From an archaeon (GTDB lineage Archaea > EX4484-52 > WAPT01), in the NCBI GenBank assembly GCA_029258795.1, contig JAPDKB010000002.1:160001-224000 (forward strand): a DNA stretch of 64,000 bases. Reading direction: 5' to 3'. Positions within the stretch are counted from its first letter, which is position 1. Each line of letters starts with the position of its first letter. The position numbers were made by a program, and so were the translations under genes. The notes under the pieces are model-generated. The model saw only the letters and a list, made by a program, of their open reading frames with translations. It was not told the DNA's origin and searched no databases. Below are positions 10,119-20,952 of the stretch, piece by piece.

Positions 10119-10453
10119 AAGAAAAAATAATTGAGGAATGCGACCTTCCCGCAGGTGCGGTGAGAGATATTCTGAAGAAAGGCAAACGAGGAGAGATGAT
10201 TAGAGATATAATCTATGCGCTCGGGTTAAGTGATGGTAACGGATTGCGTGCCTACGACATAGCTGCTCGTATTGGGTACTTCGGGAAGGGAAGAGGAGAC
10301 AAAGCCGCTAAAGAGCTTGAGAAGAAAGTAATAAGGTGGCTTCAGGGGTTGGGTGTGGTTGATCGGTACGGTAAGGACAGAAATAGTAGATATGTTCTGA
10401 CAGACACGGGTCAAAAACTCTACACGATTTTGAGAGAGAATTATCGTGAATGA
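10097..10453 (+). CDS. Putative winged-helix DNA-binding protein
   Basis: WLQGLGVV...RYVLTDTGQK wing motif; resembles the upstream ORF. Confidence 0.6.
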   Translation: MGEKYGIEEKIIEECDLPAGAVRDILKKGKRGEMIRDIIYALGLSDGNGLRAYDIAARIGYFGKGRGDKAAKELEKKVIRWLQGLGVVDRYGKDRNSRYVLTDTGQKLYTILRENYRE

Positions 10454-10487
10454 TAACTATTTATGAGTTGGTGAGTAAACTACAGAC

Positions 10488-12166
<1,679 letters not shown>

Positions 12167-12278
12167 TCCGACTTTTGAAACGGCAATCGAACCTCCTTAT
12201 CTTTTTAAATTTTATGCTTCAAATATGCCTTACCACAACTACCGTTAAAAAAACAAAGATTCTGAGGGTGATGTGATT

Positions 12279-13553
12279 ATGGCAAAAGAAAAACCTCACA
12301 TAAACCTTGTTACAATTGGGCACGTTGATCAGGGTAAATCCACCCTGATCGGAAGGTTGATGTACGACACAAACAGCATACCTGAAACAGAAATGAGAAA
12401 GATTGAGGAGAAGGCGAAGGAGCTCAAAAAGGAGAGCTTCAAGTTCGCTTTCGTGATGGATAGATTGAAGGAAGAGAGAGAGCGTGGATTGACAATAGAC
12501 ATCATGCACCAGAAGTTCGAGACGGACAAGTATGAGTTCACAATAATCGATGCGCCGGGACACAGGGACTTCGTTAAGAACATGATTACAGGAGCTAGCC
12601 AGGCAGATGCAGCGATACTGGTAGTGGGTGTGAAGGAAGGTGTGATGCCTCAAACAAAAGAGCACGTGTATCTGGTTAGAACTCTCGGTATAAATCAGAT
12701 GATTGTGACAATAAACAAGATGGACGAGGTTAACTACGATGAGGGAGCTTACAACAAGACAAAGGAGGAAGTGGAGAAGCTGTTGAAGACAGTGGGTTAC
12801 GACACAAGCAAGATACCGTTCATACCAATTTCAGCATGGTACGGAGACAACGTTGCAAAGAAGAGCGACAAGACACCTTGGTATAATGGCCCGACAGTAA
12901 TAGAAGCGCTTGATACTCTGCAGCCACCAGAGCAGCCGATAGACAAGCCACTCAGAATACCCATACAGGACGTGTACTCCATAACCGGTGTGGGTACAGT
13001 GCCTGTCGGAAGAGTGGAGACAGGTGTGCTGAAGGTTGGAGACAAAGTAGTTTTCATGCCTTCTGGCAAGACGGGAGAAGTTAAGAGTATAGAGATGCAC
13101 CACGAGCCGATTCAGGAAGCAAGACCTGGAGACAACATCGGTTTCAATGTAAGAGGTGTGGGTAAAGACGAGATAAAGAGAGGAGATGTCGCTGGTCACC
13201 CAGACAACCCACCGACAGTAGCTGAAGAGTTCACAGCACAGATCATAGTGTTGCAGCACCCGAGCGTCATAACAAAGGGCTATACTCCAGTGTTCCACAT
13301 AAACACAGCACACGTTGCAGGTCAGATAGTGGAAATATTGAAGAAGATAGATCCAAGAACCGGAGAAGTGGTGGAAGAGAATCCGGACTTCATAAAGCCA
13401 GGAGATGCGGCAGTGATAAAGGTCAAGCCACTCAAACCTGTGTGTATAGAGAAGCAGAGCGACTTCCCGAAGCTTGCGAAGTTCGCTATCAGAGACATGG
13501 GCATGACAGTGGCAGCAGGTATGTGTATCGACCTCGTGCCAGCGAAGGAGTAA
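12279..13553 (+). CDS. tuf: Translation elongation factor EF-1alpha
   Basis: [30 protein letters not shown]; followed by rpsJ. Confidence 0.98.
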   Translation: MAKEKPHINLVTIGHVDQGKSTLIGRLMYDTNSIPETEMRKIEEKAKELKKESFKFAFVMDRLKEERERGLTIDIMHQKFETDKYEFTIIDAPGHRDFVKNMITGASQADAAILVVGVKEGVMPQTKEHVYLVRTLGINQMIVTINKMDEVNYDEGAYNKTKEEVEKLLKTVGYDTSKIPFIPISAWYGDNVAKKSDKTPWYNGPTVIEALDTLQPPEQPIDKPLRIPIQDVYSITGVGTVPVGRVETGVLKVGDKVVFMPSGKTGEVKSIEMHHEPIQEARPGDNIGFNVRGVGKDEIKRGDVAGHPDNPPTVAEEFTAQIIVLQHPSVITKGYTPVFHINTAHVAGQIVEILKKIDPRTGEVVEENPDFIKPGDAAVIKVKPLKPVCIEKQSDFPKLAKFAIRDMGMTVAAGMCIDLVPAKE

Positions 13554-13646
13554 ATTTGGCTGGCATCCTTTCTTTTACCTTTTTAAATTTTTCATACATG
13601 TTTAATATGCGTGTTTCAATTTCATGATTAGCTCAGGTGAGATATC

Positions 13647-13958
13647 ATGCAGATAGCCAGGGTCAAGCTCAGCAGTCCAGACCACCAGAAGGTGGATGAG
13701 GTATCAAGGCAAATAAAAGAGATAGCTGAAAAATTCGGAGCAGCTGTATCTGGACCAATTCCTCTACCCACCAAAAGATTGAGAATTGTGACCAGAAAAT
13801 CTCCTGTCGGGAGAGGAAGCGAAACATATGAAAGATGGGAGATGAGAATCCACAAAAGAGTTCTGGACATAACCGTTAACGATAGGGCCTTGAGGCACAT
13901 AATGCGTGTTGAGGTGCCTGATGGCGTGCATGTGGAGATAGAACTCAGGGAGAAGTGA
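13647..13958 (+). CDS. rpsJ: 30S ribosomal protein S10 (uS10)
   Basis: GPIPLPT, RKSP.G.G.ETYERWEMRIHKR. Confidence 0.97.
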   Translation: MQIARVKLSSPDHQKVDEVSRQIKEIAEKFGAAVSGPIPLPTKRLRIVTRKSPVGRGSETYERWEMRIHKRVLDITVNDRALRHIMRVEVPDGVHVEIELREK

Positions 13959-13984
13959 TCATTTTTGTTATGAGGGGTGTGGTG

Positions 13985-14725
13985 ATGGAAACCTTTACTT
14001 TGGTTCTTCTTTCAGCTGGTGTAGTTAGCCTTGTGGCGCTGGTTGGGGCTTTCACCCTTGTGCTGAGAGAAAGTGTGTTGCGCAAGCTGATTTTCGCTCT
14101 TGTCGGGCTTGCTGCCGGTACGATGCTGGGCGGAGCGATCTTTCACCTTTTTCCAGAAGGTTTTCACGAGCTGGGTTATGATGTCGCTGCAAAGCTTTTC
14201 ATAGCGGGTTTCGTGGCCTTCTTTATCTTGGAACGCGTGCTCTACTGGCATCACTGCCACGAGCGGGAGTGTGATGTGCACACCTTTTCCTATCTCATCC
14301 TGATCGGAGACGCGATCCACAACTTTATCGATGGTGTCATAATCGCTGCAAGCTATCTGACCTCTATGGCAATTGGTTTTGTCTCCACAGTTGCCATAAT
14401 AATGCACGAGATCCCGCAGGAGCTTGGAGATTTCGGTGTGCTTGTTTACGGGGGTTTCAGCAAAAGGAAAGCTCTACTCTACAACTTCATCTCGCAGCTT
14501 ACAGCTTTAGCTGGAGCGACAACCGCTTACTTTATTTTTACAAAATCACAGGCGGCAATGGGCTTTCACACATACCTTCTTCCGTTTGCAGCCGGCGGAT
14601 TCCTCTACATAGCCACAAGCGATTTAATTCCCGAGCTCCACAAGGAAAAGAATCTGAAGAAATCGCTTGTGGCCATGCTGCTTTTCCTTGCCGGGCTCGG
14701 GATGATGATGTTTCATGGGCATTGA
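13985..14725 (+). CDS. ZIP family zinc/metal transporter
   Basis: HHCHE loop, GDAIHNFIDG, HEIPQELGD, DLIPE. Confidence 0.93.
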   Translation: METFTLVLLSAGVVSLVALVGAFTLVLRESVLRKLIFALVGLAAGTMLGGAIFHLFPEGFHELGYDVAAKLFIAGFVAFFILERVLYWHHCHERECDVHTFSYLILIGDAIHNFIDGVIIAASYLTSMAIGFVSTVAIIMHEIPQELGDFGVLVYGGFSKRKALLYNFISQLTALAGATTAYFIFTKSQAAMGFHTYLLPFAAGGFLYIATSDLIPELHKEKNLKKSLVAMLLFLAGLGMMMFHGH

Positions 14726-14728
14726 GAA

Positions 14729-15844
14729 TCAGTTCACTCTATCCATAACAACGATCGTGGCATCAAGATCATCGTAGTTGACCCACAGCTTTTTCTTTAT
14801 TACGAATCCTTTCGGCTTTTTCAAAAACTTGAGATTACGTGAGGCGGTTATCATCACCACCCTTTCGCATCGCGAGCTTTCCACATTTCTCATGAACTTG
14901 GCATAGAGTTTCGGGATGTTGACCTTTCTCATCCTCACACCGTACGGCAGGTCAACGCAGATGATCCTTGAACTCAGCGGTATTTTTGTGGCATCTCCGA
15001 GGTAAAAGCGGATCTTTGCATTGGCTTCCATGCTGTTGATTCTTGCTTTCCTCACCACCTCTCTGTTCCAGTCTGAAGCCGCTATGAATGCATTAACCCG
15101 CTCCTCCTTCCAGCTTTCCTTAATCTCTTCGAGCTTCTCCTTGCTGAACCACCACAATCTCTCAAACCTGAAGCTTCTGTTTTTGTTCGGAACTTTTGCA
15201 AGGTAATGATAGGCTTCTATCGGAATCATGCCTGTTCCACACATAGGATCGTGGAAGGTTTCGCTTTCCCCGTTTTTCAGGTTGCTCAACCTGACCATGC
15301 TGTGCGCTATCGTGCTCTTTAGAGAGGTGATGTGCACAAGCTTTCTGTACCATCGTTTATGGAGGGAATCTCCTGTGGTGTCTATTCCGAGCCAGAATAA
15401 GTTGTTGTGCACCCTCGCCATGAATCTGACATCTGGGTCTTTGAGATACACCTTAAGCCTCGTGCCTTTCTCTTTCAGGTAGGAATCTATGATGGCCTGT
15501 CCAACAACCTTGCTGACATCAATGCTGGTGAAGTCGTGCTTCCCGGATCTTTTGGACACTACACCAAAGGTTTGGTTAGGGAGGACATACAGAGAGTAAT
15601 CAACATCAAGGCACTTTTGATAGATGTCATCCAGCGTGCTGAACTCACAGCTCACAACCTCTATCATGATCCGGTGGATGGTTTTGGAAGCGTAGTTCAG
15701 CAGCATCACGTCTTCATCGCCGGCATTTTTTATTTCCAGCAGGCCCTTGTCCAGCTTTGCAGCCTTATATCCCAGCTCTACAAGCTCCTCAATGCCGACC
15801 TCCTCAAGCCCGGGGTTGCAGGTGAGAAGGAGATCGTGCTTCAT
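14729..15844 (-). CDS. THUMP-domain RNA (guanine-N2) methyltransferase, Trm14/RlmL-like
   Basis: THUMP N-terminus, GIDTTGDSLHKRWYR, DPMCGTG, DLPYG. Confidence 0.88.
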   Translation of the reverse strand: MKHDLLLTCNPGLEEVGIEELVELGYKAAKLDKGLLEIKNAGDEDVMLLNYASKTIHRIMIEVVSCEFSTLDDIYQKCLDVDYSLYVLPNQTFGVVSKRSGKHDFTSIDVSKVVGQAIIDSYLKEKGTRLKVYLKDPDVRFMARVHNNLFWLGIDTTGDSLHKRWYRKLVHITSLKSTIAHSMVRLSNLKNGESETFHDPMCGTGMIPIEAYHYLAKVPNKNRSFRFERLWWFSKEKLEEIKESWKEERVNAFIAASDWNREVVRKARINSMEANAKIRFYLGDATKIPLSSRIICVDLPYGVRMRKVNIPKLYAKFMRNVESSRCERVVMITASRNLKFLKKPKGFVIKKKLWVNYDDLDATIVVMDRVN

Positions 15845-15867
15845 GCTTTAGAATTGCATGCGAATTT

Positions 15868-16089
15868 TTAAATCTCGCGCTTCTTCGCCCTAACTTTATT
15901 TGCAATGAAGGTGCCGATGAACGCGCCTATGAAAGCACCAAGAGCCCCGTAGCATGCAAAAGTTATGCTGACCGAACCTTTGGTGAGATAACTGATCATG
16001 CACATCCCGGTAAACACACCTATTCCGTACACGAAACCCATCTTAATTGGTGACTGCCTGAAACCGCACTCCGACATCTTCCTCATCAC
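15868..16089 (-). CDS. Small membrane protein (2 TM)
   Basis: Two Gly-rich hydrophobic helices with a basic C-terminus. Confidence 0.6.
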   Translation of the reverse strand: MMRKMSECGFRQSPIKMGFVYGIGVFTGMCMISYLTKGSVSITFACYGALGAFIGAFIGTFIANKVRAKKREI

Positions 16090-16096
16090 ACCACAA

Positions 16097-16516
16097 TCAC
16101 TCAGCTACGGGAACTCTGACTTCCCTCTGGTAGCACACCACCGCCTTTTGCTTTCCATCCGCTCTGACGAGAAAGACCGTGGTGTTAGCAAAGCTCCCGT
16201 TCAGGTAGCACACCACATCATTCCCTTTCAGCACGTTTTCGAAGCTGCAGATCACCTTTCCGGATGCTTCGGTCTTCACGTTGCTGAGGTTTGAGTTAGC
16301 ACTTACGATTACAGCATTTCCCTCACATCTCGCCCAGAACGGCTCGGGCTTGTAGCCGTAATTTTCATGACCTGTCACGCGCTTCATCTCTACATAAAAG
16401 CCAATAGCAGCAACCCCAATCAGAAAGACGCCGACGGCAAGCAAGAAAGCGCTGAACTTGGTGAGGTCGAGCTTTTTGCTCTGTGAAGCTCCCTTCGTTT
16501 GGTTTTTGGAGGGCAT
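16097..16516 (-). CDS. Membrane-anchored extracellular beta-rich protein (pilin-like possible)
   Basis: One N-terminal TM helix followed by a 4-Cys domain with N-x-S/T sequons. Confidence 0.65.
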   Translation of the reverse strand: MPSKNQTKGASQSKKLDLTKFSAFLLAVGVFLIGVAAIGFYVEMKRVTGHENYGYKPEPFWARCEGNAVIVSANSNLSNVKTEASGKVICSFENVLKGNDVVCYLNGSFANTTVFLVRADGKQKAVVCYQREVRVPVAE

Positions 16517-16573
16517 TTAATACACCATTCTTCAATAGCTAATACCTCGGGATAGGGACTCAAACATTTATTT

Positions 16574-16773
16574 TGGTGCCGAGGGGGGGATTTCCTGCCA
16601 CCAGAGCAGGAAGCGCGACGAAGCTTTGCTTCGGCGGCGTTCGAACCCCCGACCTCCAGATTTCTCAGCGCCGTAACACAAAATCATCGCTTGCTCATTA
16701 CTCGGCAAACTCATCACTCATAAGCCAACACGGCTTATGAGTCTGGCGCTCTAACCAGCTGAGCTACCTCGGC
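16574..16773 (-). tRNA. tRNA-Met (CAT), probably elongator, with two introns (37/38: 16662-16735; 59/60: 16591-16639); CCA encoded
   Basis: GCCGAGG/CCTCGGC acceptor stem, anticodon stem CCAGA/TCTGG, T-stem GGGGG/CCCCC; BHB (CTCA/TGAG) at 37/38 and a relaxed BHB in the T-loop. Confidence 0.93.
16662..16735 (-). ncRNA. 74-nt tRNA-Met intron carrying a putative C'/D' K-turn guide for C34
   Basis: GGCUUAUGAGU is the reverse complement of ACUCAUAAGCC. It is followed by D'-like AUGA, stem GUUUGC/GCAAGC, a 3-nt bulge and GAUU; CUGA lies near the 3' end. Confidence 0.6.
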
Positions 16774-16858
16774 ACCGAACAAAAGCGTGGCTCCGTAACA
16801 GAATTTTTATCCGGCAAAATTTTATAAAAATTCACACGGCAGCTTCACAAAAACCTTC

Positions 16859-18061
16859 TTAGCGTCTTTCAAATTTTCTGGTGGCGGCTACAAGCAGAAC
16901 AGCTGCAACCAAGCTCATCACAGCTCCATACGCAAATGTTGCTCCAGCGGATACGGAGCTCCACAACACCCCAGCCACCATGCTCGCAGGAAGAGATGCA
17001 AGTCCAACAGTCGTGTGAAATGCTCCAAGAGCTGTGGCTTTAAGTTCAGGCGGAGCTATATCAGCTATCAGGGCACGCTGATTTCCGTCAACTATGGCAT
17101 AAACCACCCCGTAGAGCAGGAAAAGAAGAATGAATGCTGGAATGCTGGAGAGGGCATAAAAACCCAAACATACAGCTGAGAACAGCAGGTAGCCAAGGGA
17201 GATGACTTCACCCCTTCCGATCCTGTCGGAGAGAACTCCAAAGGGCACAGCAAAAAAGGTGTAGGAAACGTTGAAAATAATGTAAAACACCACAGCCGTT
17301 ATGGTGGCGTTCACAACACTAACGCTGTTCATGACCTTCATTATGAAGAACATGTAGCTGAAGTTCGCAAGGGCAAAAACTGTCATCGCAACTACAACCC
17401 ACCTAAGCTCGGGAGGCAGGCTTCTTAAAGCAAGTCCCAATTTTTCCACACCTTTTCCGCTTTTCACCCTTTCCTCTCTCACGAGCAGAAGGGGTATAAG
17501 CGATGCAAAGCTGAGCAAACCTGCCACGATCAGCACACTCCTAATTTCAAAGCTCATCCTCCACAATAAAAAGAGCGCTACGATCGAGCCAACAACCGCC
17601 CCCAAGCTGTCCATGGCTCTATGAATTCCGAAACCCTCTCCTTTCCTCTTCGGCATCGATTCAGCTATTATCGCATCACGGGGAGCTGTCCTTATTCCCT
17701 TTCCAACACGCTCAGCGGAGCTGAAAAAAGCAACATGAACCCAGCTTTTGGAGAAGGGCAGGAGGAGCTTGAACACAGCCGAGATGAGATAGCCAGCGAA
17801 CACTATCGGCTTCCTTCTGTTCCATCTGTCCGCAAGATATCCAGAGAATACCTTCAGCAAGCTGGAGATGCTGTCCCTCAACCCGCCAACCACACCGAGA
17901 GCTACGCTCCCTCCACCAAGCGAGTTTATGAAAGCGGGGAGGAGTGGTGCTATCATATCGCTGCTCACATCGTTGAGAAAGCTGGTCATACCCAGTGCAT
18001 AGATGTTCCTCTTTTCCATTTGGCTGGCTGTTTTCCCGTCTTTCTTGCTCATAGTTCTCAC
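16859..18061 (-). CDS. MFS transporter
   Basis: 12-TM pattern, GYLADRWNRRK motif A, GKGIRTAPRDA, GVLSDRIGR. Confidence 0.93.
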   Translation of the reverse strand: MRTMSKKDGKTASQMEKRNIYALGMTSFLNDVSSDMIAPLLPAFINSLGGGSVALGVVGGLRDSISSLLKVFSGYLADRWNRRKPIVFAGYLISAVFKLLLPFSKSWVHVAFFSSAERVGKGIRTAPRDAIIAESMPKRKGEGFGIHRAMDSLGAVVGSIVALFLLWRMSFEIRSVLIVAGLLSFASLIPLLLVREERVKSGKGVEKLGLALRSLPPELRWVVVAMTVFALANFSYMFFIMKVMNSVSVVNATITAVVFYIIFNVSYTFFAVPFGVLSDRIGRGEVISLGYLLFSAVCLGFYALSSIPAFILLFLLYGVVYAIVDGNQRALIADIAPPELKATALGAFHTTVGLASLPASMVAGVLWSSVSAGATFAYGAVMSLVAAVLLVAATRKFERR

Positions 18062-18975
18062 TCCCCGAACACCGTTTCAAGAGGGGGCACAACCTGCTTC
18101 TTTCTCGACATCACTCCTTCAAGCCAAGCTTGGCCATTTTCAAACTTCACGTTAAAAGCTTTCTCAAATGGCTCGACATCATCCGCCACGAGCAGTGCTG
18201 TTGAGCCCTCCTTCATGATGTCCGTAACGAGCACAAGCACTGCAAAGAAACCCTCTTCCTCCTTCACTTTCTTCATCTCCTCCATGATCTCATCCTTTCT
18301 GGAAAGCACTTCCTCGCCATCAACCACTTCCAGCTGGTCTATCAACACCCTTTTACCGGCGAATTCGTACACCTTGTAGTCATTATATATCAGATCACGA
18401 GCGCTTTTCTCACTCAGAGCAGATTTCGCCTTGAACATCTCTATACCCCACGCTTCCATGTTTTCCACGCCTGCGATCTCCGCAAGCTTCCTTGCCATCT
18501 CTTTATCCTCACTGGTGGTTGTGGGCGACTTGAAGATAACAGTGTCTGAAAGGATCGCGGAAAGCAGGATTCCTGCTATGTTTTCGGGCATTTTAACTCC
18601 TTTCTGGAAGAATTTGTTTGCAATGATCGTGGCTGTGCTGCCCGCAGGAACTGTCAGGAAGTAGATGGGTCTGTCCCAGCCGAACTTGATCTTGTGGTGA
18701 TCCACCACCTCCACTATGTTCGCCTGCTCTATATCATCGGCACTCTGATCAAACTCGTTGTGATCAACAAGCACAACATCTTTGTCAGCTGCGCTTTCAA
18801 GCAAAGGTGGAGCATCCATCTCAAATTTCTCGAGCACAAGCTTCGTTTCGTTATTTATCTCGCCAAGCCGGAAAGCTTTTGCCTCTTCCCCTATCACATT
18901 CTTGAGGTACGCGTACGCTATGGCCGAGCAGATGGAGTCCGTGTCCGGGCTTTTATGGCCGAAGACATGCAGCAT
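18058..18975 (-). CDS. ppaC: Manganese-dependent inorganic pyrophosphatase (family II, DHH)
   Basis: GHKSPDTDS, LVDHNE, VDHH, SDT..FKSPTTT, SRKKQ. Confidence 0.96.
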   Translation of the reverse strand: MLHVFGHKSPDTDSICSAIAYAYLKNVIGEEAKAFRLGEINNETKLVLEKFEMDAPPLLESAADKDVVLVDHNEFDQSADDIEQANIVEVVDHHKIKFGWDRPIYFLTVPAGSTATIIANKFFQKGVKMPENIAGILLSAILSDTVIFKSPTTTSEDKEMARKLAEIAGVENMEAWGIEMFKAKSALSEKSARDLIYNDYKVYEFAGKRVLIDQLEVVDGEEVLSRKDEIMEEMKKVKEEEGFFAVLVLVTDIMKEGSTALLVADDVEPFEKAFNVKFENGQAWLEGVMSRKKQVVPPLETVFGE

Positions 18976-19075
18976 AATATCATCACCTCCTTTCACATAC
19001 GGGACTTAAAATTAAGCGTGCCTAAACTTTAAAACCGTAATCTTTATTTAGATCAAAGACCATTCTATTATCTCG

Positions 19076-19681
19076 GTGATGGAAATGGCGGAGGAGGAAA
19101 GGGCAGAGACGGAAGACCTGATTAACTTTCTTGCTCGGGATATAGGGCAGAAGATAATGCAGTTATATGGAGGCAAACCGGAAAAGATAAGGAAGAAGCT
19201 TGGAGATCATGTTCATATTCTCGAGCTTCAGAATCGCCTCACATCTATAGTGCTCTTTACCATGGGTATGAAAGCTGCTGTCATGGGAGCAGGTCAAACC
19301 GTTGGGAGTGCAATGGCATCTTACATGACGCTATGCTGTGATGTTACGTCCAAAATGAAAAAGTTCCAGCAGGCAAAAACCCTGAAAGAAGCTAAGAACT
19401 CCGAGCTCATGAAAATGCTCAAGGAGCTCTTTGAGAAGACAGGATTGGGCATTCTGGATATGGAAGAATTCGAGAAAGATGAAAGGATTGTGCTCAGCAT
19501 AGAGGAGTGTGTGGAAAGCGCAGGCCTTCCTAATGTCGGAAAGAAGGTCTGCTATTACATGTCCGGATATCTGGAGGGATTGTTCAGCGTCTTTCTCGGA
19601 AAGGAGGTGAAGTGCCGCGAGCTTAAATGTGTGGCGAAGGGCGATAAGAAATGCGTATTTGAAATCGAGATCCTGGAGTGA
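19076..19681 (+). CDS. V4R domain-containing protein
   Basis: GLGIL, ECVES.GLPNVGKKVC, E.KC...G.KKC.F. Confidence 0.88.
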   Translation: MMEMAEEERAETEDLINFLARDIGQKIMQLYGGKPEKIRKKLGDHVHILELQNRLTSIVLFTMGMKAAVMGAGQTVGSAMASYMTLCCDVTSKMKKFQQAKTLKEAKNSELMKMLKELFEKTGLGILDMEEFEKDERIVLSIEECVESAGLPNVGKKVCYYMSGYLEGLFSVFLGKEVKCRELKCVAKGDKKCVFEIEILE

Positions 19682-19741
19682 GGAGGGTTTCTTGAGATAT
19701 AGGGATATCTTTATATAGTTTTTAACCCCCCATTTTAAAAC

Positions 19742-19960
19742 ATGGCGACGGTAATAGATGTGACGGGCAAAGTCTGTCCATATCCGGTCGTGGTGGCTCT
19801 TGACAAGCTCAGAGAGATCAGCAAAAAGGGCGGAACGCTCGAGATCATAACGGACGAGCCCTTGGCAACCAGAAGCGTACCTGACGAGGCAAAAAGGCTT
19901 GGATTCAGAGCAACTGTAGAAAGAGTGGACAAGGGATGGAAGATAGTGATAAAAAAGTGA
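19742..19960 (+). CDS. TusA/SirA (YeeD-like) sulfur carrier
   Basis: IDVTGKVCPYP motif, 72 aa. Confidence 0.92.
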   Translation: MATVIDVTGKVCPYPVVVALDKLREISKKGGTLEIITDEPLATRSVPDEAKRLGFRATVERVDKGWKIVIKK

Positions 19961-19968
19961 GGTGAGGA

Positions 19969-20394
19969 TTGATGGGGCTTAAGGAGTTCTCATCCAAGGT
20001 CTGGGTTGGAGCAGTGCTCTTTTCGATCGTCAACGTCTTCATGTACTACAGCATCGGCAAGTTCTGGATCGGAGGGAGCAGCTTCCTGCCACTGATCGGC
20101 AGTCAGGTACAGAAGTTCCTGTTTCCACTGGTGGTCAATGCAGGAGTGGTGGTTGGGACATTTCTGGCAGCGTTGCTCACGAGGGAGTTCATAATAAGGA
20201 AGCCAACCTCTGACATAGTGAAGAGATCAATACTCGGTGGCTTCCTTATGGGTATAGGAGTTACATTAGCTCCAGGAACATGCTCCACACCGTTCGTCAC
20301 AGGAATGCCAATGCTGGGAGTGAACTCCTTCCTGTCAGTGATCGGTATAGTGATTGGAGCATATATAGGATACAGATGGGTGGGTAGAAAATGA
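19969..20394 (+). CDS. YeeE/YedE family sulfur-compound transporter half
   Basis: GGFLMGIG..LAPGTC motif; TM helices. Confidence 0.85.
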   Translation: MMGLKEFSSKVWVGAVLFSIVNVFMYYSIGKFWIGGSSFLPLIGSQVQKFLFPLVVNAGVVVGTFLAALLTREFIIRKPTSDIVKRSILGGFLMGIGVTLAPGTCSTPFVTGMPMLGVNSFLSVIGIVIGAYIGYRWVGRK

Positions 20395-20915
20395 CGCTGG
20401 CACAACCAACTTTGCTATTGGGATTCCTGTTCGGCGTGGTCTTTGGTTTCATAGTGCAGAGAATGAGCTTCTGCGTTTCCACTGACCTGGCTCAGGCGTT
20501 TGCAGGAAACCCCAGGAGAATTCTGACGTGGCTCACGATAATTTTCATAATCACAGGAGCGGGATTCGTTTACCTCGGACCAAAAGCGGTTGGTCAGCTC
20601 AGGGGTTACGGAATCTACAACATAATTTCTGGGATTTTCTTTGGCGTGGGCATCGTACTCAGCGGTGGCTGCGTGCTTGGAACCCTCAGAAGGATGGGAG
20701 AGGGCTTTCTGCACTCATGGGTGGTCTTCGTTTCATGGCTTCCGGGAATGGCACTGGTGGTTTACGTCCTTAACCCGATATTGCAGGGTACGTACCACAT
20801 ACCAGAAAAGATGCCGCTGCTTTCGGACGTGCTTCACATCAGCAACTGGGCAGCTTATGCGCTGGTAGCAGTTGTGCTGCTTGTGATGACCTGCTGGGCC
20901 TACAGAAAGAAGTAA
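20391..20915 (+). CDS. YeeE/YedE family sulfur-compound transporter half
   Basis: FGFIVQRMSFC and FG.GIVLSGGCVLGTL motifs. Confidence 0.88.
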   Translation: MTLAQPTLLLGFLFGVVFGFIVQRMSFCVSTDLAQAFAGNPRRILTWLTIIFIITGAGFVYLGPKAVGQLRGYGIYNIISGIFFGVGIVLSGGCVLGTLRRMGEGFLHSWVVFVSWLPGMALVVYVLNPILQGTYHIPEKMPLLSDVLHISNWAAYALVAVVLLVMTCWAYRKK

Positions 20916-20952
20916 CAGCATTGCAGAAAAACAGTCGATTGGCACTTTTCTC

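Noticed and set aside
16670-16800. 8-bp repeat CCGTAACA in the tRNA-Met intron and upstream leader
   Set aside because: Too short to distinguish from chance, and it has no clear structural role
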